Positions 18,137 through 25,563 of a stretch of 32,000 bases of DNA are shown piece after piece. The stretch is from Corynebacterium amycolatum (GTDB lineage: Bacteria > Actinomycetota > Actinomycetes > Mycobacteriales > Mycobacteriaceae): NCBI RefSeq assembly GCF_049243625.1, contig NZ_CP046975.1; one strand, 5' to 3'. The translations under genes and the position numbers were made by a program. The notes below the pieces were generated by a model. The model worked only from the letters and a program-made list of their open reading frames with translations. It did no database searches and was not told the origin of the DNA. Each line of letters begins with the position of its first letter. The stretch's first letter is position 1.

Positions 18137-18837
18137 TGTCGGTTCTCCTCTTGAGGCTCGCTGGACCTATGCAAGCATGGGGAGATTCGAGTCGATTCAA
18201 TCACCGTGGTACTCGGAGAGAGCCGACGAAAAGCGGGGTAGTGGGTTTGCTTGCAGCTGCAAGCGGACGTCGCCGTACTGATGCGATTGAAGATTTGGCG
18301 TCACTCGGCTTTGGTGTTCGCACTGATCAGATTGGAAAGGTCGAGCGAGATTTCCAGACTGAAATTGATTGGCGCAACAACAAATCCAAGCCCCTGACGT
18401 ATCGTGATTATCTCACTGATGCCATCTTCATTGTTGCAATTGAAGGTCCACGCAGCGTCCTTGAAGGGCTTGCCGACGCGGTACAGCGTCCAGCTTTCCC
18501 TCTCTACTTAGGCCGCCGTGCATTCCAACCGACAGGAAGAATGGTTCTAGGAATTGAGGAAAAGACACTGGAAGACGCTCTGCGTAAGGCTCCTTGGCAA
18601 GCATCGACTTGGTATCGGAAACGTCAGCCAGAAGTAGTTTCGCTGCCAATTGTTCGAGATATGCGTGATGGTGAGACCTACGATGAGCTAATTCCGGATA
18701 CTCCAGTCAGCTTTGATCCACGAGAACGAAAACACGAGATGCGACCAGTGGTTCATGGATGGCTAGAGATTGAAAATAAAGAAGGAAAGCGTCCTGTGTT
18801 TTCTCACGATCCGATGTCGTTGCTGGGAGGTGACTAG
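18136..18837 (+). CDS. cas5e: type I-E Cas5e (CasD)
   Basis: 233 aa. LLLRLAGPMQAWGDSSRFNHRGTRREPTKSGVVGLLAAASG is the Cas5e N-terminal signature. The start overlaps the cas7e stop (TAATG). Confidence 0.9.
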   Translation: MSVLLLRLAGPMQAWGDSSRFNHRGTRREPTKSGVVGLLAAASGRRRTDAIEDLASLGFGVRTDQIGKVERDFQTEIDWRNNKSKPLTYRDYLTDAIFIVAIEGPRSVLEGLADAVQRPAFPLYLGRRAFQPTGRMVLGIEEKTLEDALRKAPWQASTWYRKRQPEVVSLPIVRDMRDGETYDELIPDTPVSFDPRERKHEMRPVVHGWLEIENKEGKRPVFSHDPMSLLGGD

Positions 18838-18840
18838 TCG

Positions 18841-19542
18841 ATGTACCTTTCACGCATGTTTCTCAATCCGCAACGGCGGGGGACTCGTAAGTTGTTAGCC
18901 AGCCCAGAGGCCATGCATGCCGCAGTGCTGTCAGCTTTTCCGCCAAATAGTGACCTAGTCAGCAATGATGGTCGTGTTTTGTGGCGAGTTGACCGGGAAG
19001 CCCATTCCCTTGCACTGTACGTGGTGAGTCCGGAAAAGCCATCATTTGAGCATCTACAGCAGCAAGCAGGCTGGGAAAATCAAGTATCGTGGGCGATACG
19101 TGAATACGAACCGGTCTTGGAAAGTATTTCCGTCGGAAAGCGATTTCGTTTTAGGTTGGCAGCGAATCCTGTGAAGTCAGTGCGTGACCCTCAGACGGGT
19201 AAGTCTAAGAGACTTGCGCATGTAACTGCAGCCCAACAGCGAAATTGGTTGTTAGAACGCGCTGAAGTTATGGGTGTGCGATTTCTACCGGCTGAGTTTT
19301 CACATGCAGATAGCCATGACGCCTCTAATGATGATTTAGCTGTTTCCGTTACAGGTAGGGAAGTAGTGAAGTTCCGTAGGCAGGGACGGATGGTCACGAT
19401 CGCTCGGGCACAGTTCGATGGAGCCATCGAGGTAGCTGATGCTGAAAGATTCCGCCGTGTTTTGACAAACGGAATTGGCAAAGCAAAAGGCTATGGTTGT
19501 GGGCTGCTGACAGTTGCACCAATGAGTTCGAATCGTAACTAG
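18841..19542 (+). CDS. cas6e: type I-E pre-crRNA endoribonuclease Cas6e (CasE/Cse3)
   Basis: 233 aa. MYLSRMFLNPQRRGTRKLLASPEAMHAAVLSAF and the C-terminal GIGKAKGYGCGLLTV motif are typical of Cas6e. Confidence 0.9.
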   Translation: MYLSRMFLNPQRRGTRKLLASPEAMHAAVLSAFPPNSDLVSNDGRVLWRVDREAHSLALYVVSPEKPSFEHLQQQAGWENQVSWAIREYEPVLESISVGKRFRFRLAANPVKSVRDPQTGKSKRLAHVTAAQQRNWLLERAEVMGVRFLPAEFSHADSHDASNDDLAVSVTGREVVKFRRQGRMVTIARAQFDGAIEVADAERFRRVLTNGIGKAKGYGCGLLTVAPMSSNRN

Positions 19543-19544
19543 AC

Positions 19545-20504
19545 ATGGCTGATATTCCAGGAGTACGTCCGTCCAAACCAGTTGAATTGACGAGAGCTGA
19601 AGACCGGATTTCTTTTCTCTATCTTGAGCACTGCACCATCGGTCGAGATTCTAATTCTCTCACTGCGACTGACGACCAGGGTGTCATGCATATACCCAGT
19701 GCAGCACTGGGAGTGCTTATGTTGGGCCCTGGTACACGGGTTACGCATCAGGCGATGGTGGTTATTGCAGATGCCGGTTCGACAATTGTCTGGGTGGGAG
19801 AAAACGGTGTGCGATATTACGCGCATGGCCGACCGATAGGTCGGTCGACCCGGCTTCTGGAACAGCAGGCAAAGCTAGTGAGCAACCGAAAAACCCGACT
19901 AGCGGTTGCGCGTGAAATGTATGGGATGCGTTTTTCCGGTGAGGATGTGGAATCCCTAAATATGCAGCAATTACGGGGCCGAGAGGGTGCTCGGGTTCGT
20001 TCGGTTTATAGGGAATGGTCAAAGATAACCGGGGTTGAGTGGTCGCGCCGTGAATACCGCCCTGACGATTTCTCGGATGGCACGCCAATCAGTCAGGCCC
20101 TCTCAGCAGCACATTCTTGCCTGTACGGTGTCGTGCATGCCGTGATAGTTTCCCTGGGAATGAGTCCTGGCTTGGGGTTTGTGCACACGGGGCACGACCG
20201 CGCATTTGTTTATGACATTGCGGATTTGTATAAGGCAGACATAACGATTCCAGTTGCTTTTACTGTGGTTTCTGAGCTTGGAACCGAGGTTGATACTCAA
20301 ACACTAAGCACTACGGTTAGGCGACATGTGCGTGATCGGATTCGTGAAGAAAAAGTTATTTCGCGCTGCGTCAAGGATCTAAAGCTCTTAATGAAAGATC
20401 CTCTTGAAAACGAGGAATTCGGCGAAGTTATCGAATTGTGGGATTACAGCCGCGGCACGATTAAAGGTGGTACAAACTACTCCTCCGGAGAACCACCATG
20501 GTGA
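19545..20504 (+). CDS. cas1e: type I-E integrase Cas1e
   Basis: 319 aa. Canonical position and Cas1e-like sequence (ISFLYLEHCTI..., GFVHTGHDRAFVYDIADLYK). Confidence 0.95.
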   Translation: MADIPGVRPSKPVELTRAEDRISFLYLEHCTIGRDSNSLTATDDQGVMHIPSAALGVLMLGPGTRVTHQAMVVIADAGSTIVWVGENGVRYYAHGRPIGRSTRLLEQQAKLVSNRKTRLAVAREMYGMRFSGEDVESLNMQQLRGREGARVRSVYREWSKITGVEWSRREYRPDDFSDGTPISQALSAAHSCLYGVVHAVIVSLGMSPGLGFVHTGHDRAFVYDIADLYKADITIPVAFTVVSELGTEVDTQTLSTTVRRHVRDRIREEKVISRCVKDLKLLMKDPLENEEFGEVIELWDYSRGTIKGGTNYSSGEPPW

Positions 20505-20863
20505 CAATAGTTTTGACGAGCTGTCCTGCCGGATTGCGGGGTCATTTAACTCGATGGCTTGAGGAAATCGCCCCAGGTGTATTTGTTGGGAAAGTTAACT
20601 CTCGTCTCCGTGACATCTTGTGGGGCCTGGTCATCGAAATGGTCGGCAGTGGTCGTGCCATAATGGTTTATCCGGATCGGAATGCCGAACAAGGGTATGC
20701 CTACAAGGTGCATCGCCACGACTGGGAGGTCGTCGATGTCGAGGGGTTGTCGCTGATCCGGCGTCCGTTCAAAAACAGGACTAAAGGTGATGTCGGATTA
20801 AAGCCGGGATGGTCAAATCCGGCTAAACGACGTCGTGCCCGACATGCTCGTCGTTCGGAGTGA
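20498..20863 (+). CDS. cas2e: type I-E Cas2e
   Basis: 121 aa. MVTIVLTSCPAGLRGHLTRWLEEIAPGVFVG is a Cas2e-type N-terminus. The start overlaps the cas1e 3' end by 7 nt. Confidence 0.9.
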   Translation: MVTIVLTSCPAGLRGHLTRWLEEIAPGVFVGKVNSRLRDILWGLVIEMVGSGRAIMVYPDRNAEQGYAYKVHRHDWEVVDVEGLSLIRRPFKNRTKGDVGLKPGWSNPAKRRRARHARRSE

Positions 20864-20907
20864 TATAAAATCTTACACTGGGAACCGAATTTTGCTGGTG
20901 AAGAAGT
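20864..20907 (+). promoter_or_regulatory. CRISPR leader (short, AT-rich) with a TATAAAAT -10-like element
   Basis: 44 nt between the cas2e stop and the first repeat: ATATAAAATCTTACACTGGGAACCGAATTTTGCTGGTGAAGAAGT. Repeat decay is at the opposite end of the array, which supports this as the leader end. Any -35 would lie inside cas2e. Confidence 0.5.
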
Positions 20908-21728
20908 GTTTTCCCCGCGTGAGCGGGGATGTTCCCGACATGGACGCTGTCCGTCGTGAGCTGGAAGCGTTTTCCCCGCGTGAGCGGGGATGTTCCGCAA
21001 GCAGAGACGACAGGGTGTAGGCGCTGTCCGTTTTCCCCGCGTGAGCGGGGATGTTCCGTCATGGCGTATCTGCACCGCCTCTTTTTCCGTGTTTTCCCCG
21101 CGTGAGCGGGGATGTTCCGTCCATGTTTGGCAGCACCACGGTGAGCCCCCGGTTTTCCCCGCGTGAGCGGGGATGTTCCGCCACCGATAAGGCAAGTCAC
21201 CATTAAGAAACGGTTTTCCCCGCGTGAGCGGGGATGTTCCCACCAGGCTCCGACGCGGGAACCCACTCCCCGCGTTTTCCCCGCGTGAGCGGGGATGTTC
21301 CCGGCACAGGCTCAACCGAAGCCGGATTGTCATAGTTTTCCCCGCGTGAGCGGGGATGTTCCGGGCATGACGAAGGCGGAGCTTATCGCCGCCGTGTTTT
21401 CCCCGCGTGAGCGGGGATGTTCCCAGAACCGCGTTGGGGTGGACTACCCCGTGTGAGTTTTCCCCGCGTGAGCGGGGATGTTCCGACTAGTTACTTAGCA
21501 ATAAACATGGCAAGCAAGTTTTCCCCGCGTGAGCGGGGATGTTCCAAGTGTTCCAATCACCACCCACAACCAAGTAAGGTTTTCCCGCGTGAGCGGGGAT
21601 GTTCCCGGCATCAGGCTGCTTGAGGCTGGCTTGTGGGAGTTTTCCCCGCGTGAGCGGGGATGCTCCTCATATCCGCCAGCGACACAGTACCGTCCGTCGG
21701 TTGTCCCCGCGTGGACGGGGATGTTCCG
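20908..21728 (+). CRISPR. type I-E CRISPR array, 14 repeats / 13 spacers, 61-nt period
   Basis: Repeat starts at 20908, 20969, 21030, 21091, 21152, 21213, 21274, 21335, 21396, 21457, 21518, 21579, 21639 and 21700. Consensus GTTTTCCCCGCGTGAGCGGGGATGTTCC[N], with stem CCCCGC/GCGGGG and loop GTGA. Spacers are 32 nt. The same architecture as the E. coli I-E repeat places the array on the + strand. Confidence 0.97.
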
Positions 21729-21770
21729 GTTTGATTATGAGGGGGATAGTATCCCCGCGTAAACACTCAG
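21729..21770 (+). repeat. array trailer: pseudo-spacer GTTTGATTATGAGGGGGATAGT plus a truncated repeat (ATCCCCGCGTAAAC)
   Basis: Homologous to 11719-11750 upstream of cas3 (GTTTTATTGTGAGGGGCGATGTT-ATCCCCGCG). The 3' half of the repeat stem is missing here. Confidence 0.55.
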
Positions 21771-21782
21771 GAGGGTAAACGC

Positions 21783-22283
21783 ATGACGAAGTACTGGGAT
21801 CACAACGGCAGTATCTACAAAGACGACGGCCAGGAAGATTGGTGCGTTTATAACCCGTCTTTGCGTGATTGGGAGCGCACCCCGCGTGCTAAGGAAGCCT
21901 ACGACAAGGCAGGCCAAGCCCCGTTCGACCCCATCACCGAGCAGCAGGCACTCGTCGATATTGCAGAGCAGCAGGAACGCTACAACAAAAAGATTCAGGA
22001 CAAAATCAAGGATCTGCGCGCGAAAATGAAGGCTGTCGGTGCGCAGGCCAGACAGGCTGCTGAACAGCTGTACCCAACCTTTGCCGAGCAATCTGCCGCA
22101 TACCGCGAGGGCGCGCAGGCCTACAACGAGGGCAAATCTTGGCGCGATAACCCGCGTGCCCCCGAGTCAGGTCTAGCCGCCCCGTGGCGCATGGGGTTCA
22201 ATACCCGCAAGCAGCAGGTAGCGGAGATCAGGGCACAGCGAGCCGCCACTGCGAAACAGGAATTGGCGAAAGAACAAAACTAG
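21783..22283 (+). CDS. hypothetical protein; coiled-coil middle, C-terminal segment with an Rmf/CrpP-like motif
   Basis: 166 aa. Strong RBS AGGAGG 7 nt upstream of the ATG. C-terminal REGAQAYNEGKSWRDNPRAPESGLAAPWRMGF resembles the G.QA...G(R/K)S....P.......W..G(W/F) pattern of the ribosome modulation factor / CrpP fold. Similarity judged by eye only. Confidence 0.55.
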   Translation: MTKYWDHNGSIYKDDGQEDWCVYNPSLRDWERTPRAKEAYDKAGQAPFDPITEQQALVDIAEQQERYNKKIQDKIKDLRAKMKAVGAQARQAAEQLYPTFAEQSAAYREGAQAYNEGKSWRDNPRAPESGLAAPWRMGFNTRKQQVAEIRAQRAATAKQELAKEQN

Positions 22284-22312
22284 GCCCTGCCCGCAAAACG
22301 CCCGATCAAAAC

Positions 22313-22648
22313 CTATGCAGCGCCTGCGAGTGTCTGCGCTACGTAAGTATTGAGCGAGACTCCTTCGCGGGCAGCTGCCATTGCCAGTTTCCGGTGCAGT
22401 GAACTGGGGATTCGGACGTTGAATCGCCCCGAGTAGGAACGGTGACCGAAGGGCTCTGGGACTGCTTCATCGGAGGCTTCCATATCCATAAGAACCTCAG
22501 TAACGAGGTCTCGAAGTTTTTGTTCCGCTTCCGACGAGTTTTCAGCTACCCACGACAGTGAAGGAAACTCCAGTACCGTCGCCACATATTCTTGATCAGG
22601 TTCTGACCAGAAGACCTGGTAGGTGTACTTTTCAGCAGGATAAGACAT
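22313..22648 (-). CDS. hicB: HicB-family antitoxin (type II TA)
   Basis: 111 aa. The N-terminal YTYQVFWSEPDQEYVATVLEFPSLSWVAENSSEAEQKL matches the HicB fold. The C-terminal RFNVRIPSSLHRKLAMAAAREGVSLNTYV is a ribbon-helix-helix DNA-binding tail. Confidence 0.85.
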   Translation of the reverse strand: MSYPAEKYTYQVFWSEPDQEYVATVLEFPSLSWVAENSSEAEQKLRDLVTEVLMDMEASDEAVPEPFGHRSYSGRFNVRIPSSLHRKLAMAAAREGVSLNTYVAQTLAGAA

Positions 22649-22650
22649 TG

Positions 22651-22905
22651 TTATTTTCCTTCGAGTAGAAGTTTGTCGATGGCGGCTAGTACTTGATTGA
22701 CCTGGTAGGGCTTAGCTTTCCCATTTCGGTTTTGAATGTTGACTCGAGGGTCGCCGCGCCACGGTGTTTTGTATGTTTCATGATCGCCCCCGCGCGAAGG
22801 GCGTCGTTCGAAGTAAAAGTCGCAGACCTTCTTCAGATCTTGGTAAGAAACGTTGGCGTTTGAAGCGCGCATAGATGTAAGAATTTTTTCTATTTTGTCC
22901 CCCAC
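22651..22905 (-). CDS. hicA: HicA-family toxin (type II TA); start uncertain
   Basis: ...IEKILTSMRASNANVSYQDLKKVCDFYFERRPSRGGDHETYKTPWRGDPRVNIQNRNGKAKPYQVNQVLAAIDKL fits the HicA/YcfA pattern, and the gene sits directly upstream of hicB. The ORF track extends it to a TTG at 23004, only 38 nt from the divergent yciI-like start. A GTG at 22905 or ATG at 22872 is more plausible. Confidence 0.7.
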   Translation of the reverse strand: MGDKIEKILTSMRASNANVSYQDLKKVCDFYFERRPSRGGDHETYKTPWRGDPRVNIQNRNGKAKPYQVNQVLAAIDKLLLEGK

Positions 22906-23042
22906 ATCTTTGATAGTACCACCTGTAGTACCACCCCGGTCAAAGGGTAACCAGCGACCAAAGCCAAAATTCCCCAAAAATTCCCCAATGCCAACCCCAT
23001 CCAATCTGTTACACTTAGCAAAACGAAACTCAGGAGCTTGGT

Positions 23043-23378
23043 GTGCAGTACTTTTTCACGGTCCATGGCCGCAGAGATATCAACGCGTATGACTCTGATG
23101 AGGAAATGCACGCTGCCTTTGAACGAATCGGACGCTTCAATCAGAAGCTGCAGGACGAAGGCCACTGGGTTATGTCCGGCGGGCTGGTTCCGCCAGAGGA
23201 TGCCATGACGGTGCTGCCGGATGGTTCACATAGCGATTTGCCGTATTACAACGCGATGACGTTCCCGTCGGCTTTTTGGATTGTCCAAGTCGCAGATGAG
23301 CAAGAGGCTATCAACCTAGCCCACGAAGCTGCGGAGGCGTGTGCGCAGGCCGTCGAGATGCGCGCTATCGCTGAATAG
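23043..23378 (+). CDS. YciI-family (YCII-related) protein
   Basis: 111 aa, GTG start with AGGAG 6 nt upstream. MQYFFTVHG...EMHAAFERIGRFNQKLQDEGHWVMSGGL...FWIVQVADEQEAINLAHE follows the YciI-like pattern. Confidence 0.8.
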   Translation: MQYFFTVHGRRDINAYDSDEEMHAAFERIGRFNQKLQDEGHWVMSGGLVPPEDAMTVLPDGSHSDLPYYNAMTFPSAFWIVQVADEQEAINLAHEAAEACAQAVEMRAIAE

Positions 23379-23391
23379 CACGCCGATTAAC

Positions 23392-24243
23392 TCACCGCAG
23401 CCCGTGCACCCGGCGCATGATGGTCAACATCGCTTGCGTCGGGATCCGCCGCATGAAGGGCACCGCCACGCTTGCCGACGACCCCCGCGCCACCAGGGCC
23501 AAGGGTCGTTCGGCGGCCACCTCGCGCATCACTACCTCCGCAATCTCGGAAGCGGGAATGCCCCCTTCCTCGTTGGCATTCAACTTCGTCAGCATGCGGT
23601 GGACATCAGCAGCGTAAACGGAACCCTCATCGCTATATGTCGTCCGACGTGCAGAAATACCGGTGTTTATGGAACCCGGCTCGACAACGGTCACGCCGAT
23701 ACCGAACTGCGCGACTTCACCGCGCAGCGAGAGTCCAAAGCCGCGGATAGCGGCCTTGGTCGCCACGTAGGAAGAACGGTAGGACAGCGGTAACCCGCCG
23801 AGCATCGAGCCCACCAGCACAATTCGGCCACGACCGGCCTCACGCATGCCGGGCAGCAGCTGTTGTAACAGCTCCACCTGCCCCAGAACACTGACCTGGA
23901 AGAGACGCTCAAGCGCCTCGCGGGGTAGCTCCTCGAAAGCGCCCGACTGGCTCTCACCGGCGTTGGCGACGACGACGTCGTAAGGCCCGTGAGCGACCAC
24001 AGCGGCGATATCGTCAGCGCTGGACATGTCGAGCGCCACCATCTGCACGCCCTCGGGGTGCGGCGCATCGGCGCCTCTGCGGGACGTGCCAACGACCTCG
24101 AAACCGGCCTTGACCAGTGCCTCCGCGCATGCCCAGCCGATGCCGGAGGAAGCGCCGGTCACTAACGCACGGCCACCACCTACACTCGGCAGCTTCGGTC
24201 CGCGGGTGAGATTCGCAAAAGCACCGGTCAGGCCACCAATCAT
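23392..24243 (-). CDS. SDR-family short-chain dehydrogenase/reductase
   Basis: 283 aa. Cofactor motif ALVTGASSGIGWA and catalytic YVATKAA (YxxxK). The start overlaps the upstream gene's stop (ATGA). Confidence 0.9.
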   Translation of the reverse strand: MIGGLTGAFANLTRGPKLPSVGGGRALVTGASSGIGWACAEALVKAGFEVVGTSRRGADAPHPEGVQMVALDMSSADDIAAVVAHGPYDVVVANAGESQSGAFEELPREALERLFQVSVLGQVELLQQLLPGMREAGRGRIVLVGSMLGGLPLSYRSSYVATKAAIRGFGLSLRGEVAQFGIGVTVVEPGSINTGISARRTTYSDEGSVYAADVHRMLTKLNANEEGGIPASEIAEVVMREVAAERPLALVARGSSASVAVPFMRRIPTQAMLTIMRRVHGLR

Positions 24244-25457
24244 CGAGCCTGCACCGTCTCAATGGTCATGCCGCCAGCGCGGAGACGGCGGGACAGGGCG
24301 TCGCCAAGCGCGACAGTAGGAGTGAGCACGCCAGTGGTGTCCGGCAGATCGTCGTGGACGAGCGCGAGGGCGGCGCTGGAAATCATAATCGCGGTGCCTG
24401 TGTACCCTGGGTCTTCCTCAAGGGACACCTTGGAACGCCAGTGAATGCCGGAGGTATCGACGGTGTAGGCCTCGATGGTGAAGCGGCCCTCGGCCTGTGC
24501 TTCAGCGCTCGGGCCCTCGCCCGGCTTCGGTAGTTTTTTATCAATGAGCTTGGCCGTCGGCCCAAATGCCATCGCCGCCAGCGCCAACCTGCAGACAGCT
24601 GCGAAAGCATTCGCGCGCACGAAAGCCCTCGGACCGCGGCCGACATTGAGTAGTTCGCGGTAGCGGAAGGAATCACCGTAATCCGCCAGCATCGCTGAGC
24701 GCTGAACAATGCGGGTGTTGAAAGGCGACATGAAGAAGGGGGCTCGCCAGTGGCTGCGGAAGCGCGCCGGGCGCAGGTCGACGCCGAACTTACCCTGGTC
24801 GGGTCCCGGCTCAGCCAGCGCGTACTGATCGGCGATGATGCGACGCAGCTTGGGATCCTTCTTGGCCTGTTCAAGCTGAACGCGGACCGAATCGATAGTG
24901 CCGCCGGAGACGCCACCCTTGACGTGCTTGAACAGCAGGGTTGTCTCACCGAGCTTGGTGTGAGCTGCTTCGTGGAGCTCGCGGACAGCGACGTCGGAGG
25001 GAATCGAGTCGAAGCCGCAGGAGTGAACAATTTTAGCTCCGGTCTGCTGCGCTACCTCGTGGTTGTTTGCAATGGAGTCGTGGACGAACAGCACCTCGCC
25101 ACACAGGTCGACGTAGTGAGTACCGGCCTTGGCACACTCGGCCACCAGGGTGCGGCCGTACTTTGCGTACGGTCCAACAAGGGTCAACACCACCTTTGTG
25201 CTGGCAGCAAGCTGTGCCACCGCCTGCTGGTCGGCGGCATCCGCAACAATGACCGGCCAGTCCGATACGCCTGCGTTCTCCGCGACGTCGGCAAGCTTCT
25301 GGGCGTTCCTGCCTGCGAGCGCCACCTTTGTCTGACCGGCGTGTTTAGCCAGATAGTCCACAATCAAGCGGCCCACGAAACCCGTGGCACCGTAGACGAC
25401 AATGTCGTACTCGCGGTCGTGATTGCGACCCTGTGGCTGTGCGGAAGAAGTAGTCAT
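24240..25457 (-). CDS. saccharopine dehydrogenase-family NAD(P)-binding protein (trans-acting enoyl reductase-like)
   Basis: 405 aa. YDIVVYGATGFVGRLIVDYLAKH Rossmann N-terminus, with overall pattern typical of the actinobacterial saccharopine dehydrogenase-like family. Confidence 0.85.
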   Translation of the reverse strand: MTTSSAQPQGRNHDREYDIVVYGATGFVGRLIVDYLAKHAGQTKVALAGRNAQKLADVAENAGVSDWPVIVADAADQQAVAQLAASTKVVLTLVGPYAKYGRTLVAECAKAGTHYVDLCGEVLFVHDSIANNHEVAQQTGAKIVHSCGFDSIPSDVAVRELHEAAHTKLGETTLLFKHVKGGVSGGTIDSVRVQLEQAKKDPKLRRIIADQYALAEPGPDQGKFGVDLRPARFRSHWRAPFFMSPFNTRIVQRSAMLADYGDSFRYRELLNVGRGPRAFVRANAFAAVCRLALAAMAFGPTAKLIDKKLPKPGEGPSAEAQAEGRFTIEAYTVDTSGIHWRSKVSLEEDPGYTGTAIMISSAALALVHDDLPDTTGVLTPTVALGDALSRRLRAGGMTIETVQAR

Positions 25458-25563
25458 GCCTACGAAACTAATAAAACGAAAGCGATACCGCGGGCGAATT
25501 AAAAAGGTTTTTTGGTTTGGTGTATTCAGCGAGGGGTTTGGAGAGAGGGCTAACGTAGGACAA

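Noticed and set aside
20701-21762. Long ORFs across the CRISPR array (210 aa and 147 aa on the minus strand; 61-77 aa on the plus strand) with repeating EHPRSRGEN / TSPLTRGK / FSPRERGCS peptides
   Set aside because: The repeating peptides are translations of the 29-nt repeat in different frames at 61-nt periodicity. They have no independent coding signal.
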